DNA of 64,000 bases from Kiritimatiellia bacterium (GTDB lineage: Bacteria; Verrucomicrobiota; Kiritimatiellia; RFP12; DVOR01): positions 68,534-132,533 of the forward strand of contig JAFXKZ010000001.1 in the NCBI GenBank assembly GCA_017531445.1. The letters are read 5' to 3'. Every line of letters starts with the position of its first letter. Position 1 is the stretch's first letter. The position numbers and the translations under genes were made by a program. The notes beneath the pieces were generated by a model, which saw nothing but the letters and a program-made list of their open reading frames with translations, had not been told where the DNA came from and did no database searches. This document shows positions 18,429 to 26,818 of the stretch, one piece after another.

Positions 18429-19326
18429 ACGCACGGTCTGTTTCTCAAATCCGGGGACGCTTCGTCTTCATTTGCGCCAGCTCGTCTGGCGGGGTGAGGA
18501 TGCGCGGGAAACCGCTGTACCGATAGAAGATCTCGGTGTGTTGATTTTGGAGTCACCGTTAATCACGGTAAGCACGGCTTTGTTGCAGGCACTTACGGAA
18601 GCGTGTGTAGCCGTTGTGCTATGCGATGCGGCGCATTTGCCGTCAGGCTATTTACTGCCGCAGGCGTCGCATACGTTGGCAAGTCGCATCTTGCGTCAGC
18701 AGATTGAGCTTTCCGATGCACGGGCAGGGATGTTGTGGCAGCAGATTGTGATTGCCAAAATCCGGAACCAAGCCGCCGTGATTCGGAGCATGGATGCAAC
18801 AAAAGCAGAGGAACTGCTTCAGATGGCAGCGCAGGTAAGGCGGGGCGATGTGACAAACCTTGAAGCGCAAGCTGCCAGACGTTATTTTGAAGCGTTCCCG
18901 ATTCCGGAAGACGTTTTCCATCGGTCGCGGTACGGGACAATGCCGAATGCCGCGCTGAATTACGGTTATGCAATTCTACGTGCTGCCGTGGCGCGTGCGC
19001 TGGTGGGGTCGGGCTTGAATCCGGAATTGGGATTGCACCATCGCAACCAATACAATCATTTCTGTCTGGCAGATGATGTGATGGAGCCGTATCGTCCATT
19101 CGTCGATAGGATTGTTTTGGAGCATCTGGACACCTTTGAAAAGACGGAATATCCCACCAAATTGTCCGCGAAAGGGAAGCAATTGTTACTACCATTCCTG
19201 ACAATGGATGTGCAGCTTGGAGCGGCGACACGACCGCTTTTTAATGCACTTCAATTGACCTCCGCATCGTTGGTACGGTGTGTTTGCAATCAGCAAAAAA
19301 CGCTTGAACTCCCCTCAATTCCATGA
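18421..19326 (+). CDS. cas1: CRISPR-associated endonuclease Cas1 (type II)
   Basis: MIKRTVCFSNPGTLRLHLRQLVW... with typical type II Cas1 features (NAALNYGYAILRAAVARAL, GLHHRNQYNHFCLADDVMEPYRPFVD). The ATG overlaps the cas9 stop (ATGATTAA). Confidence 0.92.
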   Translation: MIKRTVCFSNPGTLRLHLRQLVWRGEDARETAVPIEDLGVLILESPLITVSTALLQALTEACVAVVLCDAAHLPSGYLLPQASHTLASRILRQQIELSDARAGMLWQQIVIAKIRNQAAVIRSMDATKAEELLQMAAQVRRGDVTNLEAQAARRYFEAFPIPEDVFHRSRYGTMPNAALNYGYAILRAAVARALVGSGLNPELGLHHRNQYNHFCLADDVMEPYRPFVDRIVLEHLDTFEKTEYPTKLSAKGKQLLLPFLTMDVQLGAATRPLFNALQLTSASLVRCVCNQQKTLELPSIP

Positions 19327-19670
19327 GTGAAGTCGATTTCTCTGCGATCAATCATTACAAAGCGATGTGGCTTTACGCACTCTTTGACTTGCCGACCGAA
19401 ACGAAGAAGCAGCGGAAAAACGCCGCTCTTTTCCGAAAAGGACTTCTGCAGGACGGCTTTACAATGTTTCAATTCTCGGTTTACATCCGCCACTGTGCTT
19501 CCCGGGAAAATGCCGAAGTCCATATACGGCGTGTTCGCGCAATGACGCCGGAAGAAGGAAGAGTCGCGATTATAGCGGTAACCGATCGCCAATTTGATCA
19601 GATGGTTATTCTCTATGGCGCAAAAGAAAAACCGCCGCCGCCTGCGCCTCTGCAACTCGAACTCTTTTAA
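19323..19670 (+). CDS. cas2: CRISPR-associated endoribonuclease Cas2
   Basis: 115 aa. YKAMWLYALFDLPTETKKQRKNAALFRKGLLQDGFTMFQFSVYIRHC is a typical type II Cas2. ATGA overlap with cas1. Confidence 0.9.
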   Translation: MSEVDFSAINHYKAMWLYALFDLPTETKKQRKNAALFRKGLLQDGFTMFQFSVYIRHCASRENAEVHIRRVRAMTPEEGRVAIIAVTDRQFDQMVILYGAKEKPPPPAPLQLELF

Positions 19671-19679
19671 CTTTTCACT

Positions 19680-19726
19680 CAAAAAAGAACGCTTTCAACT
19701 CCATTTCAGGGAGATTGAAAGCGTTT
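19680..19726. terminator. bidirectional hairpin terminator between cas2 and the array
   Basis: 11-bp perfect stem AACGCTTTCAA (19687-19697) / TTGAAAGCGTT (19714-19724). On the plus strand it is followed by TTTT. On the minus strand it is followed by the better TTCTTTTTT tract. Confidence 0.65.
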
Positions 19727-19782
19727 TGAGATTTGATTTCACCTCTTAACTCATTCATACAATAAAGAAATATGACTTCAAT

Positions 19783-22588
19783 ATTGTATCAAATCCCAAG
19801 AGGGAGTCTTTTCACAACTATTCAACAATCATATTCAACTCCTTTTCTATTGTATCAAATCCCAAGAGGGAGTCTTTTCACAACTCCGTGGCGCATTTCG
19901 TTTTGATTCTCCGCATTGTATCAAATCCCAAGAGGGAGTCTTTTCACAACAGTGAGTCTTGCGTAGGAGTTTTAGAAACTATTGTATCAAATCCCAAGAG
20001 GGAGTCTTTTCACAACTCTGCGTAAATGTCAAGAAGATTCTGCTCCATTGTATCAAATCCCAAGAGGGAGTCTTTTCACAACTGCATAAGATAGGCGGCG
20101 TTGGTCGCGGAGATTGTATCAAATCCCAAGAGGGAGTCTTTTCACAACTCTTCGCGCACGAAATGAAAACTATCAACGATTGTATCAAATCCCAAGAGGG
20201 AGTCTTTTCACAACTGAGCGCATCCACTTCCTCTTGACGCGGCCATTGTATCAAATCCCAAGAGGGAGTCTTTTCACAACCACCAAGTAAATAATGGCAA
20301 AAAAATAGCATTGTATCAAATCCCAAGAGGGAGTCTTTTCACAACCTTCTCTTTCTCCCCGCGTTGGGGTAGTTGATTGTATCAAATCCCAAGAGGGAGT
20401 CTTTTCACAACTGGAACGCCCCGAACGCATCACTGTCCAGAATTGTATCAAATCCCAAGAGGGAGTCTTTTCACAACCACCTGGACGGGCAAGAACATCC
20501 CGTTGGCATTGTATCAAATCCCAAGAGGGAGTCTTTTCACAACGGTGTTTCAGTTCGGGCGATGCTTGAGAATATTGTATCAAATCCCAAGAGGGAGTCT
20601 TTTCACAACCAAAAGACATCCATCTGCACATCCCATGAGATTGTATCAAATCCCAAGAGGGAGTCTTTTCACAACCGGATACCGCCTATAAATACAGCGC
20701 GGAAGATTGTATCAAATCCCAAGAGGGAGTCTTTTCACAACCATGGCTGGGGACAACATTACCAAAGCACGATTGTATCAAATCCCAAGAGGGAGTCTTT
20801 TCACAACATACCTGCTTCGTTGCCGAACAGTCTGCCGATTGTATCAAATCCCAAGAGGGAGTCTTTTCACAACCATAAGGACAAACTTTAGCAGTTGCGG
20901 ATAATTGTATCAAATCCCAAGAGGGAGTCTTTTCACAACTGTCACTGGTGGCGCCGACCACGTATTTTCATTGTATCAAATCCCAAGAGGGAGTCTTTTC
21001 ACAACCTTCTCCAACTGCTGAATTTTTTTCAGTAGATTGTATCAAATCCCAAGAGGGAGTCTTTTCACAACCACTGCTGTTTTTCTCCTCCAGCAGTAGC
21101 AATTGTATCAAATCCCAAGAGGGAGTCTTTTCACAACCCGCGGCGCGTCTTGGACGCATATCAAAAAATTGTATCAAATCCCAAGAGGGAGTCTTTTCAC
21201 AACTTTTTGGCGTAACTGTGAAGTGTCAAGAAAATTGTATCAAATCCCAAGAGGGAGTCTTTTCACAACGGCCCGGGCAGAAAATACGTTATTTTGCTTA
21301 TTGTATCAAATCCCAAGAGGGAGTCTTTTCACAACGTTGCATGGCGTGAAGCGGTTCGCGCCTGCATTGTATCAAATCCCAAGAGGGAGTCTTTTCACAA
21401 CTGGGCACGTGGTCATCGATGCAAGCCTCCGATTGTATCAAATCCCAAGAGGGAGTCTTTTCACAACCGATATACCATTTGTTGTATCTTTTGACGAATT
21501 GTATCAAATCCCAAGAGGGAGTCTTTTCACAACCGATATACCATTTGTTGTATCTTTTGACGAATTGTATCAAATCCCAAGAGGGAGTCTTTTCACAACT
21601 AGTTCTCGCTGCGCCTCCCTACGGCACACATTGTATCAAATCCCAAGAGGGAGTCTTTTCACAACTACAGGTGCGTGGCACTAAGAAGTCGCTTCATTGT
21701 ATCAAATCCCAAGAGGGAGTCTTTTCACAACTGTACGCCGCCGTGGGAGACCCATGCGGAATTGTATCAAATCCCAAGAGGGAGTCTTTTCACAACGAAG
21801 AAGTAGGTGGTGTTGCGTATGTGTTAATTGTATCAAATCCCAAGAGGAAGTCTTTTCACAACTAATCGATTATTAACTCTTCTTTTCCGGACATTGTATC
21901 AAATCCCAAGAGGGAGTCTTTTCACAACAGTTTGCGCAGTTTGCACGTAACTGTTTGCATTGTATCAAATCCCAAGAGGGAGTCTTTTCACAACCGCATT
22001 GAACTTCAAAAAAATAGAACGCCTATTGTATCAAATCCCAAGAGGGAGTCTTTTCACAACAACGAGTGGGTAGACTGCGAGGCCACCATTATTGTATCAA
22101 ATCCCAAGAGGGAGTCTTTTCACAACTAGGCGGATTGGCGAAGCGTAGAGATTTCTATTGTATCAAATCCCAAGAGGGAGTCTTTTCACAACTCTTATTT
22201 ATTAGATTTGTTCGGCCCGGAAATTGTATCAAATCCCAAGAGGGAGTCTTTTCACAACTTCTATTCTGATGAATACGCAGGCTTGCTCATTGTATCAAAT
22301 CCCAAGAGGGAGTCTTTTCACAACCCGGTGACAGGGTCAATGCCGTTTTCGTCAATTGTATCAAATCCCAAGAGGGAGTCTTTTCACAACCCAAAGCAAT
22401 GGCAATTAAAGAAAATGCTAATTGTATCAAATCCCAAGAGGGAGTCTTTTCACAACGTATGTCATCACATCTAATGCCGCAGCCCTATTGTATCAAATCC
22501 CAAGAGGGAGTCTTTTCACAACTTTTGCGTTTGACCTCAAGTGCGCCCGCCCATTGTATCAAATCCCAAGAGGGAGTCTTTTCTCAGT
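19783..22588 (-). CRISPR. CRISPR array with 43 repeats and 42 spacers (36-bp repeat; 40 spacers of 30 bp, 2 of 29 bp)
   Basis: Plus-strand repeat is ATTGTATCAAATCCCAAGAGGGAGTCTTTTCACAAC with 66-bp periodicity. Every unit was parsed by hand. R32 (21827-21862) carries one SNP. Terminal R43 (22553-22588) has 3 changes in its outer 5 nt. Spacers 26 and 27 are identical. Minus-strand orientation is inferred from the canonical II-C GTTGT...ACAAT form, tracrRNA complementarity and the TGaTACAAT embedded promoter. Confidence 0.97.
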
Positions 22589-22765
22589 AGTTTTCTCAGT
22601 AGAGAGTAATAAAATTATTAATCTATAAATAAATAATGGAGGGGGACAAGGAGTGAGATCGGTAACTTATGGCAAAAGGGTGTGTGCGGCAATGCTTTTC
22701 ATGAGAAAGGAGGTTCTTTTATGGAGCGGCTGAATGCGTTATTCTTTTTTAGACGGGGTGGTTTG

Positions 22766-22774
22766 TGGTATAAT
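22766..22774 (+). promoter_or_regulatory. putative leuS extended -10 (TGgTATAAT)
   Basis: Read directly, about 35 nt upstream of the leuS ATG. No clear -35. Confidence 0.4.
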
Positions 22775-22808
22775 GTACAGCGTTTTTTTACTTGAAGGAA
22801 GGTCTATC

Positions 22809-25343
22809 ATGATGGAAGAAAAATATCCGTTTCACGCGATTGAACCCAAGTGGCAGAAGTTTTGGGATGAGAATGGGACGTTTCGCTGTGATGCGCAGGA
22901 TGATTCCCGTCCGAAGTTTTATTGCTTGACGATGTTCCCTTATCCCAGTGGTCATATGCACGTGGGGCATGGGCGTAACTACATCATGGGGGATGTGATT
23001 ACGCGTTATAAGAAGATGACGGGGTATAATGTGCTTTCGCCAATGGGATGGGACAGCTTCGGATTGCCGGCGGAGAATGCAGCCAAGAAGTTTCATGTGC
23101 ATCCACACAAGTGGACGATTGAGAATATTCAGGAGATGAAGCGACAGGTGCGCAGTTGGGGGGTCGGTTACGATTGGGAGCGTGAAATCGCAACATGCCA
23201 TCCGGATTATTACAAGTGGACGCAGTGGGTGTTCTTGCAGGCATATAAACTGGGGGTGGCCTATCAGAAAGAATCTCCGGTCAACTGGTGCCCGCTGTGC
23301 ACGAATCTGGCGAATGAGGAAGTCACGGCTGATGGACATTGTGATCGTTGCGGACGTCCGGTAGAGAAGAAGAATCTCAAGCAATGGTTCTTCAGAATCA
23401 CTCAGTATGCCGATCGATTGTTAAAGGATTTGGATTTACTTGAGGGGTGGCCGGAGAAGGTTCGCCAGATGCAGGCCAACTGGATTGGAAAATCAGAGGG
23501 GGCAAAGGTCGTCTTCAAAGTGACCGAGACCGGGGATGAATGCCCGGTATATACGACGCGCCCGGATACGATTTTCGGTGTGACGTTTATGGCAATCGCG
23601 CCGGACAATCCGCTGCTGCAAAAGTTGCTTCCCGGTTCTGAGCGGGAAGCGGAAGTGCGCACATTCATTGATAAGCTTGCCAATATTCCTGCTGCGGAGC
23701 GTTTCTCTGATGCCACGGCGAAAGAGGGCGTCTTTACCGGTTTCCACGTGACCAATCCCTATAATGGTGATCGCGATATTGAATTGTGGGTGACGAATTA
23801 TGTAGTCTCTGATTCCGGAACGGGAATTGTGATGGCGGTGCCAACGCATGATCAGCGAGACTGGGACTTTGCCACGAAGTATGATATCGCCAAGAAGATT
23901 GTCATTCAAAACGCTGAAGGCACTCTTGATTTGGCAACGATGACGGCGGCCTACGTGGAAGATGGCGTATTGGTGAATTCCGGTGCCTTTGATGGCATGG
24001 CCAATCGTGAGGCAATTAAGGCAATCATCGCCGATGGCACAGAAAAGGGATTTGCCGAGGCGACAACCAATTTCCGTATTCGTGATTGGAATGTGGCGCG
24101 TCAACGTTATTGGGGGGCACCGATTCCGATTGTGCACTGTCCGCACTGTGGTGCAGTGCCTGTGCCGGAAGATCAACTGCCCGTGCGTCTTCCGGATGAT
24201 GTGGATTATGATGGTGATCAGGGGAATCCTCTGGCGCGGCATGAAGGCTTTGTTAATACTACCTGCCCGAAGTGTGGTGCACCGGCAAAGCGTGAGACCG
24301 ATACGCTCGCCCAATGGTTGTGCTCGTGCTGGTATTTCTTGCGTTACATTGATGCCCGGAATGAGGCTGCGCCCTTTGATAAGGCATTGGTGGACAAGTG
24401 GATGCCAGTGGATCAGTATATCGGTGGCGTAGAGCATGCGGTATTGCACTTGCTCTACTCACGCTTTGTGGTAAAAATCCTCAATGATGCAGGGGCATTG
24501 GACTGTGTAGAGCCGTTTAAGGCGTTGTTTACGCAGGGGATGATTTGCAAACGTTGCGAAAAAGATGATGGCAAATACGTCAAGGGCAAACTCTACAAGA
24601 TGTCGAAATCGGTGGGGAACGTTGTCTCTCCGGACGAACTGATTAAGACGTATGGTGCAGATACTGTTCGCCTGTACACGCTCTTTATCGGACCGCCGGA
24701 ATTGGATGCCGAGTGGCAGGACGCTGCAGTGCAGGGGCCCTATCGCTTCCTTTGCCGTCTGTGGAAGCGTGCTTATGATGCCAAGTCCATTGTACCGGAG
24801 CAGGATGTCGCGGTGCAGATCGACGCACTTACGCCGGTGGAACGCGATCTTTATCGCAAGTTGCACCAGACTTTGGCCGGTGTGACTGATTCCATTGAGC
24901 ACGGATTCCGTTTCAATACGGCCATTGCGCAGTTGATGGAATTGATGAATGTTCTGGATAAAGCCAAGATTGATGCGACTTCGTCCGATGCGGCGAAGGC
25001 GTTACTGCGTGAGACGATTGTAACAATCGCGCGGATGATGGCTCCGATTACGCCGCACATTGCCGAAGAGTTGTGGCAGGCGTTTGGCTGTACACCTGCC
25101 GGTGTGATGAGTGCCGGTTGGCCCACAGTGAATGCGGAAGCCTTGAAGGAAGATTCGCTTCAAATTATTCTGCAGGTGAATGGCAAGATGCGCGGTAAAA
25201 TCATGGTGCCCGCAGGCATCGGCAAGGAGGAATTGGAGGTTCTCGCCCGTGATTCTGCTGATGTGAAGCGCTTTACCGATGGACAAACCATCGTCAAAGT
25301 GATTGTGGTGCCCGGGAAGCTCGTCAACATCGTGGTGAAATAA
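22809..25343 (+). CDS. leuS: leucine--tRNA ligase
   Basis: [25 protein letters not shown] (HIGH motif), KMSKS, CP1 editing domain. Start at the internal Met of track ORF 22734. Confidence 0.95.
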   Translation: MMEEKYPFHAIEPKWQKFWDENGTFRCDAQDDSRPKFYCLTMFPYPSGHMHVGHGRNYIMGDVITRYKKMTGYNVLSPMGWDSFGLPAENAAKKFHVHPHKWTIENIQEMKRQVRSWGVGYDWEREIATCHPDYYKWTQWVFLQAYKLGVAYQKESPVNWCPLCTNLANEEVTADGHCDRCGRPVEKKNLKQWFFRITQYADRLLKDLDLLEGWPEKVRQMQANWIGKSEGAKVVFKVTETGDECPVYTTRPDTIFGVTFMAIAPDNPLLQKLLPGSEREAEVRTFIDKLANIPAAERFSDATAKEGVFTGFHVTNPYNGDRDIELWVTNYVVSDSGTGIVMAVPTHDQRDWDFATKYDIAKKIVIQNAEGTLDLATMTAAYVEDGVLVNSGAFDGMANREAIKAIIADGTEKGFAEATTNFRIRDWNVARQRYWGAPIPIVHCPHCGAVPVPEDQLPVRLPDDVDYDGDQGNPLARHEGFVNTTCPKCGAPAKRETDTLAQWLCSCWYFLRYIDARNEAAPFDKALVDKWMPVDQYIGGVEHAVLHLLYSRFVVKILNDAGALDCVEPFKALFTQGMICKRCEKDDGKYVKGKLYKMSKSVGNVVSPDELIKTYGADTVRLYTLFIGPPELDAEWQDAAVQGPYRFLCRLWKRAYDAKSIVPEQDVAVQIDALTPVERDLYRKLHQTLAGVTDSIEHGFRFNTAIAQLMELMNVLDKAKIDATSSDAAKALLRETIVTIARMMAPITPHIAEELWQAFGCTPAGVMSAGWPTVNAEALKEDSLQIILQVNGKMRGKIMVPAGIGKEELEVLARDSADVKRFTDGQTIVKVIVVPGKLVNIVVK

Positions 25344-25366
25344 TTACGTAAGCGTATGCTATTACG

Positions 25367-25406
25367 ATGGGGCACGGTGTGAACCATGCCCCATTTTGTT
25401 GTTTTG
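25367..25406 (+). terminator. leuS rho-independent terminator
   Basis: ATGGGGCA (25367-25374) / TGCCCCAT (25387-25394) stem, followed by TTTTGTTGTTTTG. Confidence 0.65.
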
Positions 25407-25448
25407 TTCCTGTCGGAATGAGCGCGGGCGTAATGGAACGCAAGGCGA

Positions 25449-25712
25449 TTAGAGCCCGGTTGCCTCTGAGACTTCTGCCCTGTCGGCTTCCAATGCGCGG
25501 GCGAACTGATCCGGGCATGAAGTGCCGTTTCGACACTGAATCCCTTTGAGCAAAGCGATGACTTCATCCACGGTGCGCCCAATAACCAACCGGGCAACCC
25601 CTTGCGTATTTCCAGGGCAGCCTCCCGAAAAGGCGCAGACGGTGATGCGGTTATCGACAATTTCGTAGGTGACACTTTGGGCACAGGTGTTTGAAAGACG
25701 GACGGTTTTCAT
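25449..25712 (-). CDS. TSCPD-domain small protein (TIGR03905-like)
   Basis: MKTVRLSNTCAQ...FSGGCPGNTQGVARLV...NGTSCPDQFARAL contains the eponymous TSCPD motif and conserved Cys residues. Confidence 0.65.
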   Translation of the reverse strand: MKTVRLSNTCAQSVTYEIVDNRITVCAFSGGCPGNTQGVARLVIGRTVDEVIALLKGIQCRNGTSCPDQFARALEADRAEVSEATGL

Positions 25713-25876
25713 ATGTGGGATGTTCCGGGATGTTATTGAAAGCAAGGGGCACAGAGGGAAGAAGACGCTTTAAGGGCGTCCAAATCCTACGCAGATACAG
25801 TGTAGCAGATTTCATAGTATGTTCGCTGCTTCCGGAGTATGTTATACTTTTTTTGTTGGAAGGAGTTTGTCGGTAA

Positions 25877-26818
25877 ATGAATGTGTTACGTTGTTTTGCA
25901 TTGCTTTCGATTGTCGCATGGATGATGTTGCTTCCGATAGTGCAGGCGCGTTCGCCTTTGGCGCAGCGGCATTTGGAAACATTGCAGCGCGACTATTCTC
26001 AGACAAACCGATGGGAGGCGTTGGATCCTGTGGATGTCCGGGAGTATGTGCTTCCGTTGACTTCTCTCGGAGAAGAAGAGGTGGATTGGCTGCCGGTATT
26101 GCGTCCGCTTGCGCACGAACTCACGCAAAATGCGCAGACGCCTCTGGAGGCGGCGATGGTGTTAAACCGGTATCTGTGGAAGCGTATCGGCGTAATTTAC
26201 TCGACAAAACGCGAGAAGGCAAATCAAGATCCGTTACATTCCATCCGGCTGGGACTTGCCTCTTGTTCCGGACTTTCCATCTTGTTGGTAGATGCGTGCC
26301 GCAGTCTTGGGATTCCGGCGCGAGTAGTGGGGTGCCTATGGCGGCATAAGCCCGGTAATCATTCGTGGGTGGAAGTTAAGAGCAATGGGCAGTGGTATCC
26401 GCTGGGAGCGTTTGAGGATTGTCCCCCGGATCAGCTGTGGTTTCTGGATGATGCCGCCCAAGCTGATGCCGGAAGTGCGCGGTATGCCATTTACGCTGCT
26501 TGCGCAACGCCGGGGAATGCGGTGTTTTATGGTTGGGGTGTTCCGGCGGAAAATGTGACGCAGCACTATGTGAAAGCACATTCCTCTGCGCAAGCATCCA
26601 TTCGCATCTACTATGCAGCAGAGCGGAATGGCGAACGCGTTTCAGTGCCGTTTCGTGTCAATGGACACGCCTATACAACGCCCGGTCCACTTCAAGATTT
26701 GAATGATTATGCGGTAATCGAACTCTCTGAAGTCGCGCCCTTTGAGGTGGAAATGGAGGGGAATCGCTATCGCTATGAATGTCAACCGGGCGCGATTATC
26801 GTGGAGCAACTGCCATGA
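25877..26818 (+). CDS. secreted transglutaminase-like cysteine protease-fold protein
   Basis: Signal-like N-terminus MNVLRCFALLSIVAWMMLLPIVQA. Transglutaminase core GLASCSGLSILLVDACRSLGIPARVV...NHSWVEV (Cys and His of the triad). Confidence 0.7.
   Translation: MNVLRCFALLSIVAWMMLLPIVQARSPLAQRHLETLQRDYSQTNRWEALDPVDVREYVLPLTSLGEEEVDWLPVLRPLAHELTQNAQTPLEAAMVLNRYLWKRIGVIYSTKREKANQDPLHSIRLGLASCSGLSILLVDACRSLGIPARVVGCLWRHKPGNHSWVEVKSNGQWYPLGAFEDCPPDQLWFLDDAAQADAGSARYAIYAACATPGNAVFYGWGVPAENVTQHYVKAHSSAQASIRIYYAAERNGERVSVPFRVNGHAYTTPGPLQDLNDYAVIELSEVAPFEVEMEGNRYRYECQPGAIIVEQLP

Noticed and set aside
19758-19782. Plus-strand TACAAT in the cas2-array spacer as a classical leader promoter driving plus-strand pre-crRNA
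   Set aside because: No acceptable -35 lies at 16-18 nt. Plus-strand crRNAs would need an anti-repeat matching GGGATTTGATACAAT followed by a tracr tail, which is not found. Minus-strand orientation is supported by the tracrRNA, the repeat-embedded promoters and the terminator asymmetry.
19959-22628. Many 60-190-aa ORFs on both strands across the CRISPR array (for example IVSNPKRESFHN or CEKTPSWDLIQ repeats)
   Set aside because: The periodic peptide repeats are simply translations of the 36-bp CRISPR repeat in different frames, not genes.
22553-22660. The degenerate terminal repeat R43 as an alternative tracrRNA anti-repeat (plus strand)
   Set aside because: It has long complementarity to the repeat but is followed by AGTTTTCTCAGTAG(x2) and AT-rich sequence. 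There is no AAGG nexus, no stable hairpins and no terminator. The 14614-14685 candidate has all of these.
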